NCBI RefSeq assembly: GCF_036321535.1
Contig: NC_087472.1
Location: forward strand, 102,178,001-102,242,000
Length of the DNA: 64,000 nucleotides
Source of the DNA: Camelus dromedarius
Taxonomy: Eukaryota
Direction: 5' to 3'
The position numbers were made by a program, and so were the translations under genes. Position 1 is the first letter of the stretch; each line of letters begins with the position of its first letter. Positions 12,479 to 26,438 of this stretch are shown one piece after another. The notes under the pieces were generated by a model. It made no database searches and was not told where the DNA came from. It saw nothing but the letters and a program-made list of their open reading frames with translations.

Positions 12479-14059
12479 ACAGAATGTGCAGGGCAAGACA
12501 AGCAAAAGGAACAGCATCTGCAAAGACACCGAAAAGGGACAGAAAATAGCCATCTCTGGAAACGGCTACATACAGATAGAACAGGCCACCAGTGCAGAGT
12601 GGATGTGAGTGGATCTGCCTCAAGATGGTCCAGACCATGAAGGCCCAGGTGCACCGGGTTAAGGGGTTCAAATTGTACCCAGAAGACAATCGGGAACCAC
12701 AAATAAGTATGACACAGGACAATGAAATAATCAGATTTGAGTTGCAGAAAGATCACTTTAGTAAGGAGAGTGGAAGGGAAAGACTAAAGGTCAGACCAGT
12801 TAAGGCCAGGTCAGCAACTTCGGCCAGAAGTCAAGGTGGCCCAGTGGAAGGGAGGGCTATGAGAGGAAGAAAAGCGAAAAAAGACACATGGTTCCCATCA
12901 GCTGAAGCCCATTCCAGCAGTAGGATGACAGCTCCGGACCTCTCTTGCTACAAGTCCCAGATGCAGGGAACCATCGCCTCCAAATGAACCCAAAGGGCAA
13001 CCATAAAAATTGAGACAACCCTTCAGACAAAGATCTGAAAGGTCAGTCACCTGAGAGAGAATGTCTATCTGCAAAGACTGAAGGCATTGAGAAAGGGCAT
13101 GGGGGAGAGATGGAGCCTGGGGCTTCTGAGCAGAAGCCAGAACCAGGAGAAGCTCCACTTCCGCAAGCACCCTAGAGGCCTCCCCTACTTCCACTCCTGC
13201 TCTAGTGGTCTGGTTGGCTAGGCAGGGGTTATTTCCTACTTGGTGGCAATTCTGAGCTCTGCAAGAATTTTTAGGAAAATATAAAAGGGGGTTGGGAGAG
13301 AGCATCTTCCACATCTGTCTGCTTAAGCCGCATACATATGGTTTATTATACAGTTTCTCTAGACACAGGAGAATTAGATTTGCTTATATTTAAAACATTC
13401 AAACCCTTGGTTTTGTTTCAAGTGAAATGCAAATATTCGACACCACAAGTTGTTATCTCTGGGGGAAACAGCCTGTTTATAATGAAAGAGACTTCAAAAG
13501 ACTCATTAAAAAGTAATACTATTAATAAAATCCCAAAAGGTGACATTTGCCCCTGAAGTATCTTAAAATCAAACATAGCTAAAAAAATATGACTTGCAAG
13601 GAGGCATTGTCAGAAAGAACTTAAGAAGGGGGTGTATATTGTTTCAACCACAAAACATATCTGTTTCAAATGTAATCCCACCCTGGAGGCCTCCTGGAAA
13701 TATTGCCTTAGAGTCTAGCCATTTCACCTGAGGGTGTGATGATCTTTGAACAATGTCCTTTAGGTGCCTTAGTAAACAAACCATCTGAGGGAACAAAAAC
13801 TCACACCAAGCCCATGGTGAATATGTGAGGACACCTGCCCCGCCAACAATTTCTCAGAAATAAGAATGCCAGTGTGACCATGATCAAAGCACGATCCTAT
13901 GAGCAAAGATGTGAGAAGACTCAACCACCCTAAAGAGGAAGACATTACCAGGCTGCTAAGATTAGACTACAGTCCAAATGACAATTAATATTTGCCTTAA
14001 GAAAGATCACGGGATTGATCTGTCATCAGACAGACATAAGCAAACCACAGCCATGCTTC

Positions 14060-14425
14060 TATGTGGGATTGTGGTGGCTGTCCTCTGATCACCCACGCCC
14101 TACTGTGCCTGGTGTACAGGCCTGACTGAGTGACTGCCCAGCCAGGAATGACATTTTCCAGCCCCTCAAGCAGTTAGCCACAGCCACAGGACTGCATTCT
14201 AGCCAATGCAGCCGGAGCATAAGAGACGTGCACCACTTCCAGGCAGGTCCAGGACCCACTGAGAAGGGGTGGGCACAGCCACAGGACAAAAGAAGCCCTG
14301 GCACCTGAATCACCATGTGGAAGAAAGCTGCCTGCCAACCTGTGAGATGAGGGAGAAACAGACCTATCATGGGAAGTCATTAAAACACGGGAAATATTTG
14401 TTAAAGCAGCCGTCACTCTGACCAA
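14060..14425 (+). mobile_element. Old MaLR (MLT1-type) LTR relic
   Basis: tgtgactgagttctagccaatg-like core and tttgttaaagcagc 3' end; boundaries approximate. Confidence 0.55.
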
Positions 14426-15499
14426 TCCATCCTTCAAGCGAGGCCCAAAGGAAAGGCAGACCTGCCTAGTCCCAACGGCACAGCCACTCCCACACCAAAG
14501 ATGGGAGCATGAAGCCATCTTCACTTTGTAATCCGACCACCTAATGACATGAGACCATTCTGAGCCCAAACCCCTTTATAATTTGCCCATGCAGACTATC
14601 TTCAGGGATGGCACGTGAGGCATCTCAGCAGCCGTCTCTCTATGCTTGGTTTACATGAGTTTATCGTTCATGAGTTTGAAGGAGACTCTCGAGGAGGATA
14701 TACAGAGTAAAGAGAAAAGAGGGTTGCAGTACAACTGCAGGAAAACTGTTAAATGAGGAATGAAGAAAAGGAGCTAGAAAAGGAGACAGGGCTTAGCAAT
14801 TGTGTCTGTAACATTCAGCCACTCCCAATCATACTCCATAATCTCATTTATATTGTTTCCCATCTCACTCTCACTCTAATATAAGGCCCTTGAGGACAGA
14901 AATGTTGTCTATTCTTATCACAGCTGTAGTCCCAGAGCCTGGAAAAGTGCCCATTACGTGGGAAACACTCAATAGATGTTTGATGGATGAGGGAACAAAT
15001 AAACAAATGGACAAACTGTTAATTCTGACCCAGAGACAGAATGGCTAACCTGAGCTCTCCTATGATCACTGGAGCTTAACTTCATACACACCTACCAACA
15101 ACTGTCACCCAACAGTGTAAAGGCTGGGCCCTCAGCCTTACCTATGAAATCAGGGGGGAAAAAAATTTTTTTAACTTTTTATTTTGAAATAATTATAGAT
15201 TCACAGGAAGCTGCAATAAATAACTTCTGGTTTTGCCTTTAGAGAAGTTAGTTAAAATTAAATCCTAGCAGAGCAATGTAAGTTTATCAGTTTCTTCACA
15301 GAAATAAACCCACAAAGATGCCTTTAACAAGATATTGCCAAACTCACTGAGGGAGCTAATTTCAACAGCTTAGAAGGTTGATGGCCAAGCTATAGGAATC
15401 TCTGAGTCTAATGCGCAATGCACAGTTGCTGCTTATTAAGATAAATTAAATTTTTTAAATGATCACCACAGACATCGGACAATGTTAGATAACATGGAC

Positions 15500-15720
15500 G
15501 CATTAATTTGCTAAGTGCCAGACATTTTAAGTACCTAACACATGTGATCTATTTTTATCTTTACAGCAACCTGCAAAGTAGGTTCCATTATTCCCATTTT
15601 GCAGAACAGGAAACTGAGGATTAGGGAAGAGACGTGACTCACCAAAATCATACACCTAGTAAATGGTAGAGCCAGAACATGAACGGAGTCCAGAGTGCAT
15701 ACTTTGAATCAGCATGTAGT
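15500..15720 (-). mobile_element. MIR SINE
   Basis: MIR core cccattttgcagaacaggaaactgagg...gtaaatggtagagccaga. Confidence 0.75.
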
Positions 15721-18700
15721 TCTCCTGGCCTATCCAATCATCCATCCTGTAACAATGTACCATTTCCTTCTAATGAACAACCTCACTGCAATGCCTAAAA
15801 TATCGCTGCAATTCTGCAGATGGAGGCTCTCAGTTGAGGATATGAACATCCTTTACTTTCACCTCACTCCCCACTATCCAGTTTAGTTATAGATTTGGGC
15901 CAGTGAACTATTAAATTATACAGACAGAGCACCATCTTACTTCTTGCATAATTTTTGCTTATAAGCATCTGGCATGTTTTCACATCAGGAAAGAATCCTG
16001 CAGAGAGCCACACAATATAGATATTCAATCATCGCCTGTTATTTTAGTATGTGGCACTAACACTACTTTGATTAACCTAAGAAATGTTCATGAGTAATCA
16101 CTGTCTCCAATTCCTCCATCAGGAACCAAGATCTGCTGCTCAGAAGGGCATTTTTCCTTCATAATGGTCAGGACTTTGCTCTCTGCTCAGCACAGAAGAC
16201 GAGGAGAAAGCAAGAAATCAGCAGTGAGAGGAGACTTTGATAAGGCTGCAGACTACCGGTACCACTGCACTAACCTGCCAGCCCCATCCTTGCTGATGTG
16301 GTCAAGGCTGCCTGTCTCTTCTCCACTGCCCTACCATTAACATTCAAGGCAGCCTGAGGTCAGATGAGAAACAGATGCACCAAGAACTCAGGCTGAATTC
16401 AAGGAATGCTTTAGAGAATACGGCTATAGATTTGAGGCACAAAAAGAGTGCAGGTCCTGGAGGCAGACAGATTTGGGTTCAAATCTGGGATGGTCACTTG
16501 CTCACCACAAGACATGGGTCAGCTGCTTCACTTCTGAGCCCACAGTTCCCCACCTAAAAGGTGGTGACCCGGCCCCCAGGGCTCTGCCTACCTCCCCACC
16601 ATCATCTCCCCTACCCTGGGCTCCAGCCACACCAGCCCCCTTTCCGTTCTTCCCGGGCCTCCTCTCCATGCTCCACATACCAGATCGGCTCACTCACCAC
16701 CCACGTCACTCCCTGCATGGCAGACGATGGCGAGGTAAAAACTACACTGTCTGAACACCTTCGCTGATAGAATTCCACATGGGACTTAGTTGCCACTACA
16801 CATGCTCAGGAAGACTGATTAAGAACCGAGTCACACGGTGAAAGAGGCAGGGAACAAAGCACTCATGCTGCCAGCCCAGGTCACACATGGTGTGGCGCTG
16901 GCGCTGACCCACTAGGCAGCTGCTGCCCCATTCTGCAGCTCTCATAGTGGCATAGGCAGGGCTCCCCCAGCAGTCCGGACCTGCTGTGGGGTCTAGGGGA
17001 ACTGTTCCTACGATCTCAGAATACAGTCTGAATATTCAGCCCTTCCAAAGATTTGGCAGGTAGCCACACCCCTTATTATAAATCCCTATTTGCTTAAGCT
17101 AGTCAGAGTAGATTCTGTTGTCTAAAAACAAGCATGCCCTTTGTCTAGACTTTTCCCGTTGCATGAGACACCCTTTCCTCACCTTCCAGCACAGTCCTTC
17201 CTTTGCTTGGTTAACTGTGGGTCCTCCTTCACAGCTCAGTCAAGCATCACTTCTTCAGGGAAACCTTCCCTCACTTTCCAGCACCAGGTCAGATTTCTCT
17301 GTCATGTGCTACCCAAGTACTCTCCGGTTTTTAGGGCAATTATCAGTTTTCCATTATACACGCAGAGGTGGGATCATCTTATCATATGCCTCTCCCCTGC
17401 TTGACTGCAAGTTCCCTGAGAGCAGGGATCATGTTTGTCATCCTCAGGGTATCCCTGGCACAGTGACTGACCTATATAAGCCACTTACTAAGTATTTCTG
17501 AATGGATGAGTAGAGGACTCCACCTTGCAAGCAAGGCTGTTGGGAGGACTGAGGACACATCCAAGTGAAGAGGCCACCATAGCAGCGGAACCAAAGAAGC
17601 ACTCACTCAGTAGTGACTCTTCTTGGGCTAGGCAATTGGGGCCATGATACTGCCTGCTCTTCTAAGATGGAGGGACCACTGATGCACCTAGCGGCTGAAA
17701 TGGCGACTCCATCAGGGAGCCTTTCACATTCACACCACAGTATCTACTGATATCCAGGGAATATGCTGGAAACTAACACCACACTCCTTTCCAGCTTTAA
17801 AAAGTACTATCTGGGACGAGGAGTTCAATCATATGTTTTCAGCTATATGCAAGGGGCTAAATCAGAGGCACCCCGTCTACCAAATCAGTGTGGGCCAAAG
17901 CTACCACCAGGGAAATTCTGGACACGATAAGCCTTTAATGAAATGTTTGCCATTGGTGTGAGAAAGCATCAGTGACCCCACAAATAAAATGTGCTCATAT
18001 ACTTTCATCAGTACTCTAACCAGCCCGTTTGTAAAACCACTATCCGGATGCTAGAACTTGAACATGGACCAGCCCAGCATTCTTACTTTCCCCTCCGCCA
18101 TTCCCACCACCTGTAAGCATGGATTCTGAAAGGCCTTAAGACAACAACCCCAATCAGTCGTGATATCGCTGAATCAACGTCTTTTTCCTATAAACATCCT
18201 TGAATTTCTATCCCAGGCACCCTCTTCTTATATTATATCCTGGAATCCCCTTTCTTTCAGTGATCCAGCACCTCTTTACTATTTTCATCTGGTAACACAA
18301 CATTTTTGTCTTTCATATATAAGTGCCTTCCAGCAAAAATCCAGGCGACTACCGTCACTTAAATTGTTAAGAAGTGTGGGTACATGGTGAGCACCTGAGG
18401 AAGACAACAAGAGACAGCTAAAAAAGATTAAGGCTGAGAAAAGTAAATTGTAGTATCCACTCAAATAAAATGTTTCAAAAATAAGGGCTAGAAAATCTGA
18501 AAAAAAAATTCTAAGTAAGAAAAGGAGGCTGGATGCTATGAATCAGAGGACCTTTTGAGGTAATAGTGACCACTGGTCTTAGGTAGACTCAGCAAAATAG
18601 ATCAACTTTTTACCTCTTAGGAGATGACAAAACTCCAGCTAGGGTATGAAGTCAAATGGGGAATGAATCTGGTAAAACAAGATGTCAAGTCAAGAACTAG

Positions 18701-19501
18701 TCACATGTGTTCTGATAAAATTTATCAAGCCAGTTCTTCCTGTTAGACACAAAGCAAACACACACATACCTTCTCCCTCCCTGCTACCCGTCTCTCCCTC
18801 CTCCTCCCCACCTCTTCCCCCTTCCTCTTCAATTTTAGTCAGAGGAAGAGAACTGAGTTGTCTGAGCAATGCTGAGAGGTCAACACACACACACACACAC
18901 ACAGAGTGTTGACATTTACCATTCCTAAAAGAGAAAAATTTTCCCAGCCCTAATCTCTACCCATAAACTAACTCAACTTTACTGCCATGAAGGTTAACAA
19001 AAAGACATCAGTGCCAGCAGGCCTGGGGCTCCAGAACCAAAAAGAAGTGGGGTCCCCAACCTCTGTCAACGGCCTCAGGCCCAGGACCTCCTCTCGACCA
19101 CACAAGGAATTTCCCACACACACTGCTGCCTCTCATTGACCCAAAGGAAAGGAGACACAGGCTTCTGGTTTCAGACTGGTAGGAATGACAAACCAATAAG
19201 GAAACATTGATAATCCAAAAGACAAAAGGGGTAAAGGATACTAAGAAGCAATTTCAGAGAAAAGGAAAAACAGATGACTCCTAAACTTAACATAGTCCAT
19301 TTCACTAAGAAAGAGAAATGCTAATTAAAACCACACCAAGATATTATGTTTCACCTATTAGACTGGCCAAGATCCCTAAGCGCCTGAACACAATGCATTT
19401 CCATGGGTATGAGAAAAATCAGCATTTTCATACATTGTCAGTAAGTGTGTAAATCAGTAGCCTCCAACTTAAAATTCTTTATCAAAAATTAAAAATGTGT
19501 A

Positions 19502-19642
19502 TATTCTATATCTTGTAGTAGTGAAAAAGAATATGAAAACGAATATATGAATGTTCCTATGACTGAAGGATTGTGCTGTACACCAGAAATTGACACAACA
19601 TTGCAAACTGACTATACTTCAATAAAAACTTATGTATATACC
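19502..19642 (+). mobile_element. Very short young L1 3' end inserted into an old L1M fragment (about 19200-20150)
   Basis: tgctgtacaccagaaattgacacaacattg...acttcaataaaaa matches 7240-7300; imperfect TSD aaaaattaa..atgtgta on both sides. Confidence 0.8.
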
Positions 19643-22600
19643 AAAAAATTAAGATGTGTAGTCATTTCACGCAATTATTCCACTTCTAGGAACTGACTTT
19701 ACATTGGTATACATATATATATACACACACACAAACACTGTGACTGCAAGTTGCAGATACTGATCAGAAGGGACTGGTTAAATGCTTTATGGCAGATGCA
19801 CACAATGAAATACTATGCATTTGAAAAAACCAAAAAGATGTACTGTTAAAGAATGTTATTAAAGCTGATTGTTAAGAAAAAAAATGCAAAGTGCATTAAC
19901 AGATATATAGTATGCAACCATATATGTAAAAAGGTGGAATTATGTATTTTACATATATTGTATATAATTACATATAAAAATACCTATGTTCACTTGTATA
20001 TGCATAAAATAATCCTCTAATGAAACAAAAGAAATAGGTGATATCAGGTGCCTCTGGGATGGGGACCTAGACGGCTGGGAGAAGGGGTGGGAAGGACACT
20101 TATCACTCTATACTTTTTGTATCTTTTGAATTTTTGACATTTTTTAAAAATTTTTAATTGCTCTGAAGAAACATTTGAAAGCTTGCAACCCACAATGCAA
20201 AAAAAAATAACAGTGTGGTGTTTACTGTATAATCTGAAACGAGCAACCAAAACTTCAGAGTGCTTCTGCTGCAGCCTTGTGACAAGGGAGACCACTGCAG
20301 GGCAGTGTCAGGTCCAGCCACTCATGAGAACAGCATATGGCTCTCCAGAGCCCCAATGGCCAAGGGACAGACAGCGACGTGAGGAGCAGTGAAGGGGCCG
20401 ATGCTGAAGGGGTCCGGGGGCATTTCACAGCCGGCACAGTCAGAGCTCTCGGAAAAGCGTCAAGGGGCAAGATTCCAAAATAAGGGGAAAATGCCTGAGG
20501 CACTACTGAAAAACAAAAACCAAACCCACAAACAGGCCAAGTGATGCCTTGAGAGAGAATTCCTAGACCCCAAAAGAGCCGACACAGGCCAGCCAGCTTG
20601 CCTCCCAGCTCGTCCCCCTCAGGCTGAGTATCAGGTAAGGGAACCAGAGGGGCTGGGGAAGGCCCGAGTATGCCCTACGTGTTTCCTGCTTCTTTATTCT
20701 CCAAACTCAGAGCACCAGCTCTCTCATGACTCCACCCTGAGCCACCTCACTCCAGCCCATCCCAATCCTTCAGCCACAATCTCTGCTCTCTATTCTCCTT
20801 GTCCTCCCAGCATCCCAGGCCGGTCTACCCATAAAATACCTTCACACCATCAAAAGTTCTCCCAGTGCACTGTCAGCCTCCCAGAAAGACTGTTTCTTCC
20901 TGTTCCCGACCAAACTCTTGGAATCAACAATTTACTTGTGCTGACTATTAAGTCTCTGTGGACTTATGCCAATATCACTCCAACAGAGCCTGGGGGGATT
21001 CATTTCTTTCATCATCCTTTACATACATCTCTGCTGTTTAGAACCATTCCAAAAGGACCAAAGGAGCAGAGAGAATCTGTCTCTGGCCATAGGGACCTAC
21101 AGGGTGGGGTGGGAGGCGTGGTGAGTAATTGAGATTGAGTGAGAATGAGGGGGTAAAAGAAGACAACTAAGTTAAATAAATGTTTTTCAAGTTACTGACT
21201 TATAGATTAATGTGGTGACTGGCTAGCAATGTCTAACAACCCCTCCCCTACCTGTTCATCAGAAAACTTTCACTGAAAACATAACCAAACTCCAATTAGA
21301 ATGGTAGGGTGGAAAAGTTCTCTAAATCCTATTTGGCATGATTTTGTCTTTGAGGTAAGAAGAGTAGTGAGTATTGAGAATTTACCCCAGAAGACTGTTA
21401 AGTTCATCCCTTCAAAAGGGGGGAAAAATCACGACACTTATGTTTAGGGTTTCAAAAGTGTGTGTGTTTGGTTTAAAATGAAAGATAATTTTTTCTAGTA
21501 GGATCTGGCTGGAAGGATACTTCATTTGCCAAACCTCTCTCCCTAGAGTCAGGTAAAGATATACTGCATATATGAGATAGAAGAATACGTGTATTTGCTT
21601 ACATATACATATACCATTCCTGGGACAACGAATAACAGACAACACTGGTCGTCTTTGGGACGGAAAACCAATAAAGATCAGACGCCCATCCTGCTGGCTG
21701 AGCTTCACAGGTAAATGAGCAGACAAGCAACAAACTGCTTTTTAAGAATGAAAAAATGGAAACCTCACATGTACAAGAAATATTTTAAAAATTCTCACAC
21801 TTCATGTTATCAATGGACAAAGGAAAAAACAACGAAGGTAAAAGCAAGGCTGAAGAGTAAGGTTCCCACGCAGAGAACACTGACTGTGCGGGAAACACTC
21901 CCAGCCCCGGACAGGAGGAGAGGCGGTTGCTGTGGCTGCAGAGGTAAGAGGTACACGGGGCCAAACGCCAGGACCCCAAGGGCCACGGCCGGGAACATGG
22001 ATGCTCTGCTGAGAGCAGTGGGCAGAGAGTGACAGTTTTCCATCAAAGGAGTAGGAGGATCAGATCTGTGTTTTGTTTTGTTTTGTTTTCACAGCAAGGA
22101 TAATGGATTTGAAGAGGGTGGAAGCAAGAAAAGTTAGAGGCTGACTGAGGGAGCACAGGGGAATGGACAGTTAGGAGAGGTACTGAGAAAGTGAAATGAC
22201 CAGAACTTGGTAGCTGAGTGGGCCCATGTGGTTAGAAAGGAGTCAGAGACAGGGACCCGCGTGCAGGCCTGAGATGCTGGGTGCGGGGAGCCAGGGACAG
22301 AAGGGTGAAAGATGGTTTTGTGAAAAAGACATGTTTAGAGTGACAGTGGGACATTCAAGGGAAGATGTCTGGTGGATGGAGAGATGTGATCATCAGCCTC
22401 CATGTAACCAAAGAGTAGCCGACTGAGAACTGGACCTGGGAATCACTCACATGTAAGGTACAGGTGAAGGTGAAGGAAGGGGTATTGGAAAAAAAGATTA
22501 GGAAGAGGTAGTCATAAAAGCAGGAGGAAAACCAGAAGATGGCATTGCAGACAACAAATGAGAGCATTTCAAGAAGGCAGTCAGTGTCAAAAGCTGCCAA

Positions 22601-22919
22601 GGGTCAATGAGACAAGCACTTAAACACAAGGTACTTTCTGGCAACCGTCGCAAAAACGGAGGCAGTGGAGCTTAGGGGGAGTAGGACGACCCATTCTAAA
22701 TTCTACACCAAAGGACTACACAATCCAGACGGTTAGGATCACTTGTGAAAAGTAAACCACAAAATGACCTATAAACACATCATAACAGAAAAGCAGGAAA
22801 GAAGATTTATCATTTCTTTACAAACCACTGTCAACCATCCACATATAGGATGTGCTCAGTATCTGAAATTTCAAGGGGAAAAACATCCAACATCTGAATG
22901 AAAAAATCGAAATTTCTAA

Positions 22920-23007
22920 TGAAAACGAATATATGTATGTACATGCAAGAGTGAGACATTGCACTGTACATCAGAAATTGACATTGTAATTGACTGTACT
23001 TCAATTT
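22920..23007 (+). mobile_element. About 90-bp young L1 3' terminal fragment
   Basis: Same L1 3' terminus; TSD aaaaaat(c/t)gaaatt(t/c)ctaa at 22901-22919 and 23008-23026. Confidence 0.8.
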
Positions 23008-24199
23008 AAAAAATTGAAATTCCTAAAATATTAACCAAAAAGACTATTCATTCCAATGTTTGAGCAGTGAATTTGCATCAGCACCTATGAAATGCTCAGC
23101 CCATGAGCTGCAACAGTGCTGACCCAGGGTCCCTAAAAGCCTTCCACAGTTCCCAGAGGCCACCCTTGCCAATCAGGCAGGAAGGACTTGAATACAAGGC
23201 CACAGAGGAAGCTAGAAGAGAGCGAGGCTGCCAGCAGCACATTAGCACGGCAACGTGGGGGAATGAGTACCCCAGCCAGGCCTAGCACCATGCCCGATCC
23301 ATATGGATCCCCTCCCACTGAAACCCTTCACTTCAGACTCTCATCTAGATGACTAATTCAGGTGGGCGTTTTGCTTTCTGGGATGTGGAGTCCAGCCAAA
23401 CCAAGTTGATAGGCACAAGAAGGAAACCTAAGAACTGAAGAAAGAAAAACACATTAGCCATGAAAACCACAGACTGCTGTCCCAAAAGAGGCCCCTTGCC
23501 CTCATCTTAAACAGAAGCCAATGCTCCAAACGGGGTTGGGGGGGGCGCTCCACTGATACCAAACAAACATTAAGGGGATCAGGCTGTTGCAGATTCTTAC
23601 AACGGACTGTTACATCCATTCCAACTCATGCATGTTACAGAAAAGAGAAGGAACATGCCCAAGGTCACACAGAGTCTGGCTGGACCTGGGTGAGAACCTG
23701 TCTGACTTTTCTGCACTATCCCATGAGTCCTTCTAAAGGCCAATCACTGCCAAATACTTCTACCCAGCCTTGGCTCTCCCCAAGGATCTAGTCCCAGATA
23801 TCCTGCCATCTCTTTGACACCTCCTCTTGGCTACCTCAAAAGTTCAAATTCCAATATCCAACACTGATCTCAGGATCTTTCCCTAATGCTTCCAACACTA
23901 GTTTTTCATTCAGGGCTTCTTGACTTGACAGATGACATCACCATCCAGCCAGTTTCTGAGACAAAGACTAAGGAATCATGCCCAGTGTTTGAACTTCAGG
24001 CCTAATACTTCCTAGCTGTGACCTTAGGCAAATTAAATAAGCTCTTTAAACCTCAGGTTTTGTCATCTGAAAAATGGGATAACAACAGAAATTATCTCCT
24101 AAGATAGCTGTGAGCACTGAAACAGAGGTGTATATAATACTAAGCCTGTAGAAAAGGGCCTGTACATGCAGCTCCCTCTACTTCTTGCTCACTCTCCCC

Positions 24200-24490
24200 A
24201 ATTGCACTCCCTCACCTGGTTAACATGGAGGAATCCTTCTCCTCTCAACTCAAATGTTACTTCCCGCTAGAAGCGTTCCTTGATCCCCTGTCTGCCATGG
24301 CTAGGTCCTAACTTCCCCCTGCCATTCTTCATCTTCAAAGCATAGGGTAATGTACTTTGTGATGGTTTGATTGATGGCCATCTCCTCCAACAGTCTGTAA
24401 GCTCCATGAGGGCAAGGACTGGGAGTGTTATATCTCGTATCTGTATTCTCAACACAGCACCAGGCACTTGATAGGTGTTTAGTAAACCTT
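24200..24490 (+). mobile_element. L2 3' end relic
   Basis: ctcaaatgttacttcc...ctgtaagctccatgagggcaaggac...acagcaccaggcac; similar relics near 14860-15010, 17230-17510 and 54400-54760. Confidence 0.65.
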
Positions 24491-26340
24491 AGTTGCTTGA
24501 AGTGCCCAAGAAGCATGTTCACCAGTAGAAAAACGGACCTAGAGATTAGAAGTCCCAGGACACCAATCCAAGTGAGAGCCCATGGCCATCCCAGCCAGGG
24601 GGACTAAGGAGAAAGGGCCTGGTGAGCCCTGTCTAACCATGGCGAAGTTCAGGATTTACTGCTTCTTTGACCCTCATTCTAACAGTTCAGGATACACTAA
24701 AATACACTCTGTAGAAACATGCACAACCACACCTTGCAGATTTTTTGGATGAACCCCAGTCCCTCTGATACCTTTCCTAATGTAACCATCACTCCACAGT
24801 AGGTATGATTCTCATGTTTAAAGACACATATTTCTGCACCACAGGACCTCTAAATACAGCCAACTACTACATCTGGGGCTCAGCTGAAGAAACAGCTGTC
24901 TGTTCCAACTTGGGGGTTAAACTGAGCTCTAATGGACCTAGGAGAGAATGGCATCTTGGCTCCCCAGTGTGGTACCAATAAGGTATTTTCCAGAATATTT
25001 TTTACTACACCCAATGTTCATTTATAGAGCAACTCTAGAATCTGGCCTTCTTGTCCTGTGGGACTCTAATGGATAGCACAGTATTTGAAAGAAGAGGGTT
25101 CGACACTTGGCAGGTCTGGGTTCAAATTCTGGCTCCGCCACTTAACTAGTTACAAATGAAACCTCAGACTGTTAGTTGACCTCATTTAGCCACCATTACC
25201 TCATCTGTGGAAACAGATATAACAGCATCTAGATCTGACCATTGCAGGAAGCAAGCATTACATACAGATACCCAGCAATGGCTAAATTGTCTACTATCTT
25301 TATGAAAATTCTCTGTACACAGAGTACTACCTTAGAAGATAAGTTCTGTGGCAGGCCTAACACAGAGCCCCATGCCCAGTGACTATTCAATGGACACCGC
25401 GGTCTTTCTTAGACCGTTCACTCTGTTCCAGACGACCAGCCCACTTCTTTATGGGACTATCTGACATCACCCTTCTATTTGAGAACTACCTGACATAAAT
25501 GATCCTTCTTCCTAGGTTGGACAACTGTAATGTTATACAAACCACCCTACTTCCTCTTGTCTTTAGAGTCAAACAGCGAACCCAGTTTTCTCATAATTTC
25601 TCTCAGGCAGACACACACATGTGTGCACGCACGTGTGCCCACCCTTTTCTGGAACTATGACTTCACTAGCATAGGACTCAGAGGTACCACACAAGATAAC
25701 AACTGAAGACATGGTAAAAAATAAGAACTCTTTGTTCAGAGGAAGGGAAGCTGAAATTTTCTAAGCTGTGGGTAGCCAGGAGAAACTGAGATAACATTTG
25801 TGTTTCTATCGTATTTCTCTTGTATCTATTACATATAGGAAACTGTACTTGCTGCCACTTGTAATTTAACTGTTGTCCAAACAGCATTGGACTGGGCACT
25901 GAGGGAAAATACAGGAGAACTACCTCTGCCTTCCAAAGCTTGCAATGTAATTGGAGGCACAAAACAAATGAGCAACAGCTAACTACGCACTGAAGATGTA
26001 ATAATAAAGAGTAAGGTAGAGATAAGATAGGTTGTTTTGGAAAAAGTAAAGTTATCCTAAATGAGGTGCCTAATGATTAAGCAGGTGAAGGTGGAAGGGC
26101 ATTTTAGACACACCAAGATCAAGAACCAGCCAGGATTACTCTGGAGACACTGAGAAGGAGTAGAAACAAACACAGTAGAAAAGATTTAGGAAAACATACA
26201 AGCAACAGAGTAAGAACTGCAACATTTCAGGGGGCAGAGTTTTAGATCTTTCTTACAAAAAAAAAAAAAAAAAGAGAGAGCCGATCAAAAAGCCATGTCC
26301 CCAAAGTCTCCCATTGGCATTACCCCACGACACCACTTAC

Positions 26341-26438
26341 CCGGATAAGGGAAGCCTGATGTCGAGGGGGTTTGGGTCCTGGGCCACCTGACGAGGGTCC
26401 CTCAGGCTGGACAAGGGACTGCCTAGCTTCATAAGGAG
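26341..26438 (-). CDS. REPS2: REPS2 exon 5 (absent from the ORF track)
   Basis: Acceptor gtttcag|CT, donor CGG|gtaagt; 98 bp; (A)PYEARQSLVQPEGPSSGGPGPKPPRHQASLIR; phases bridge exons 4 and 6. Confidence 0.94.
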
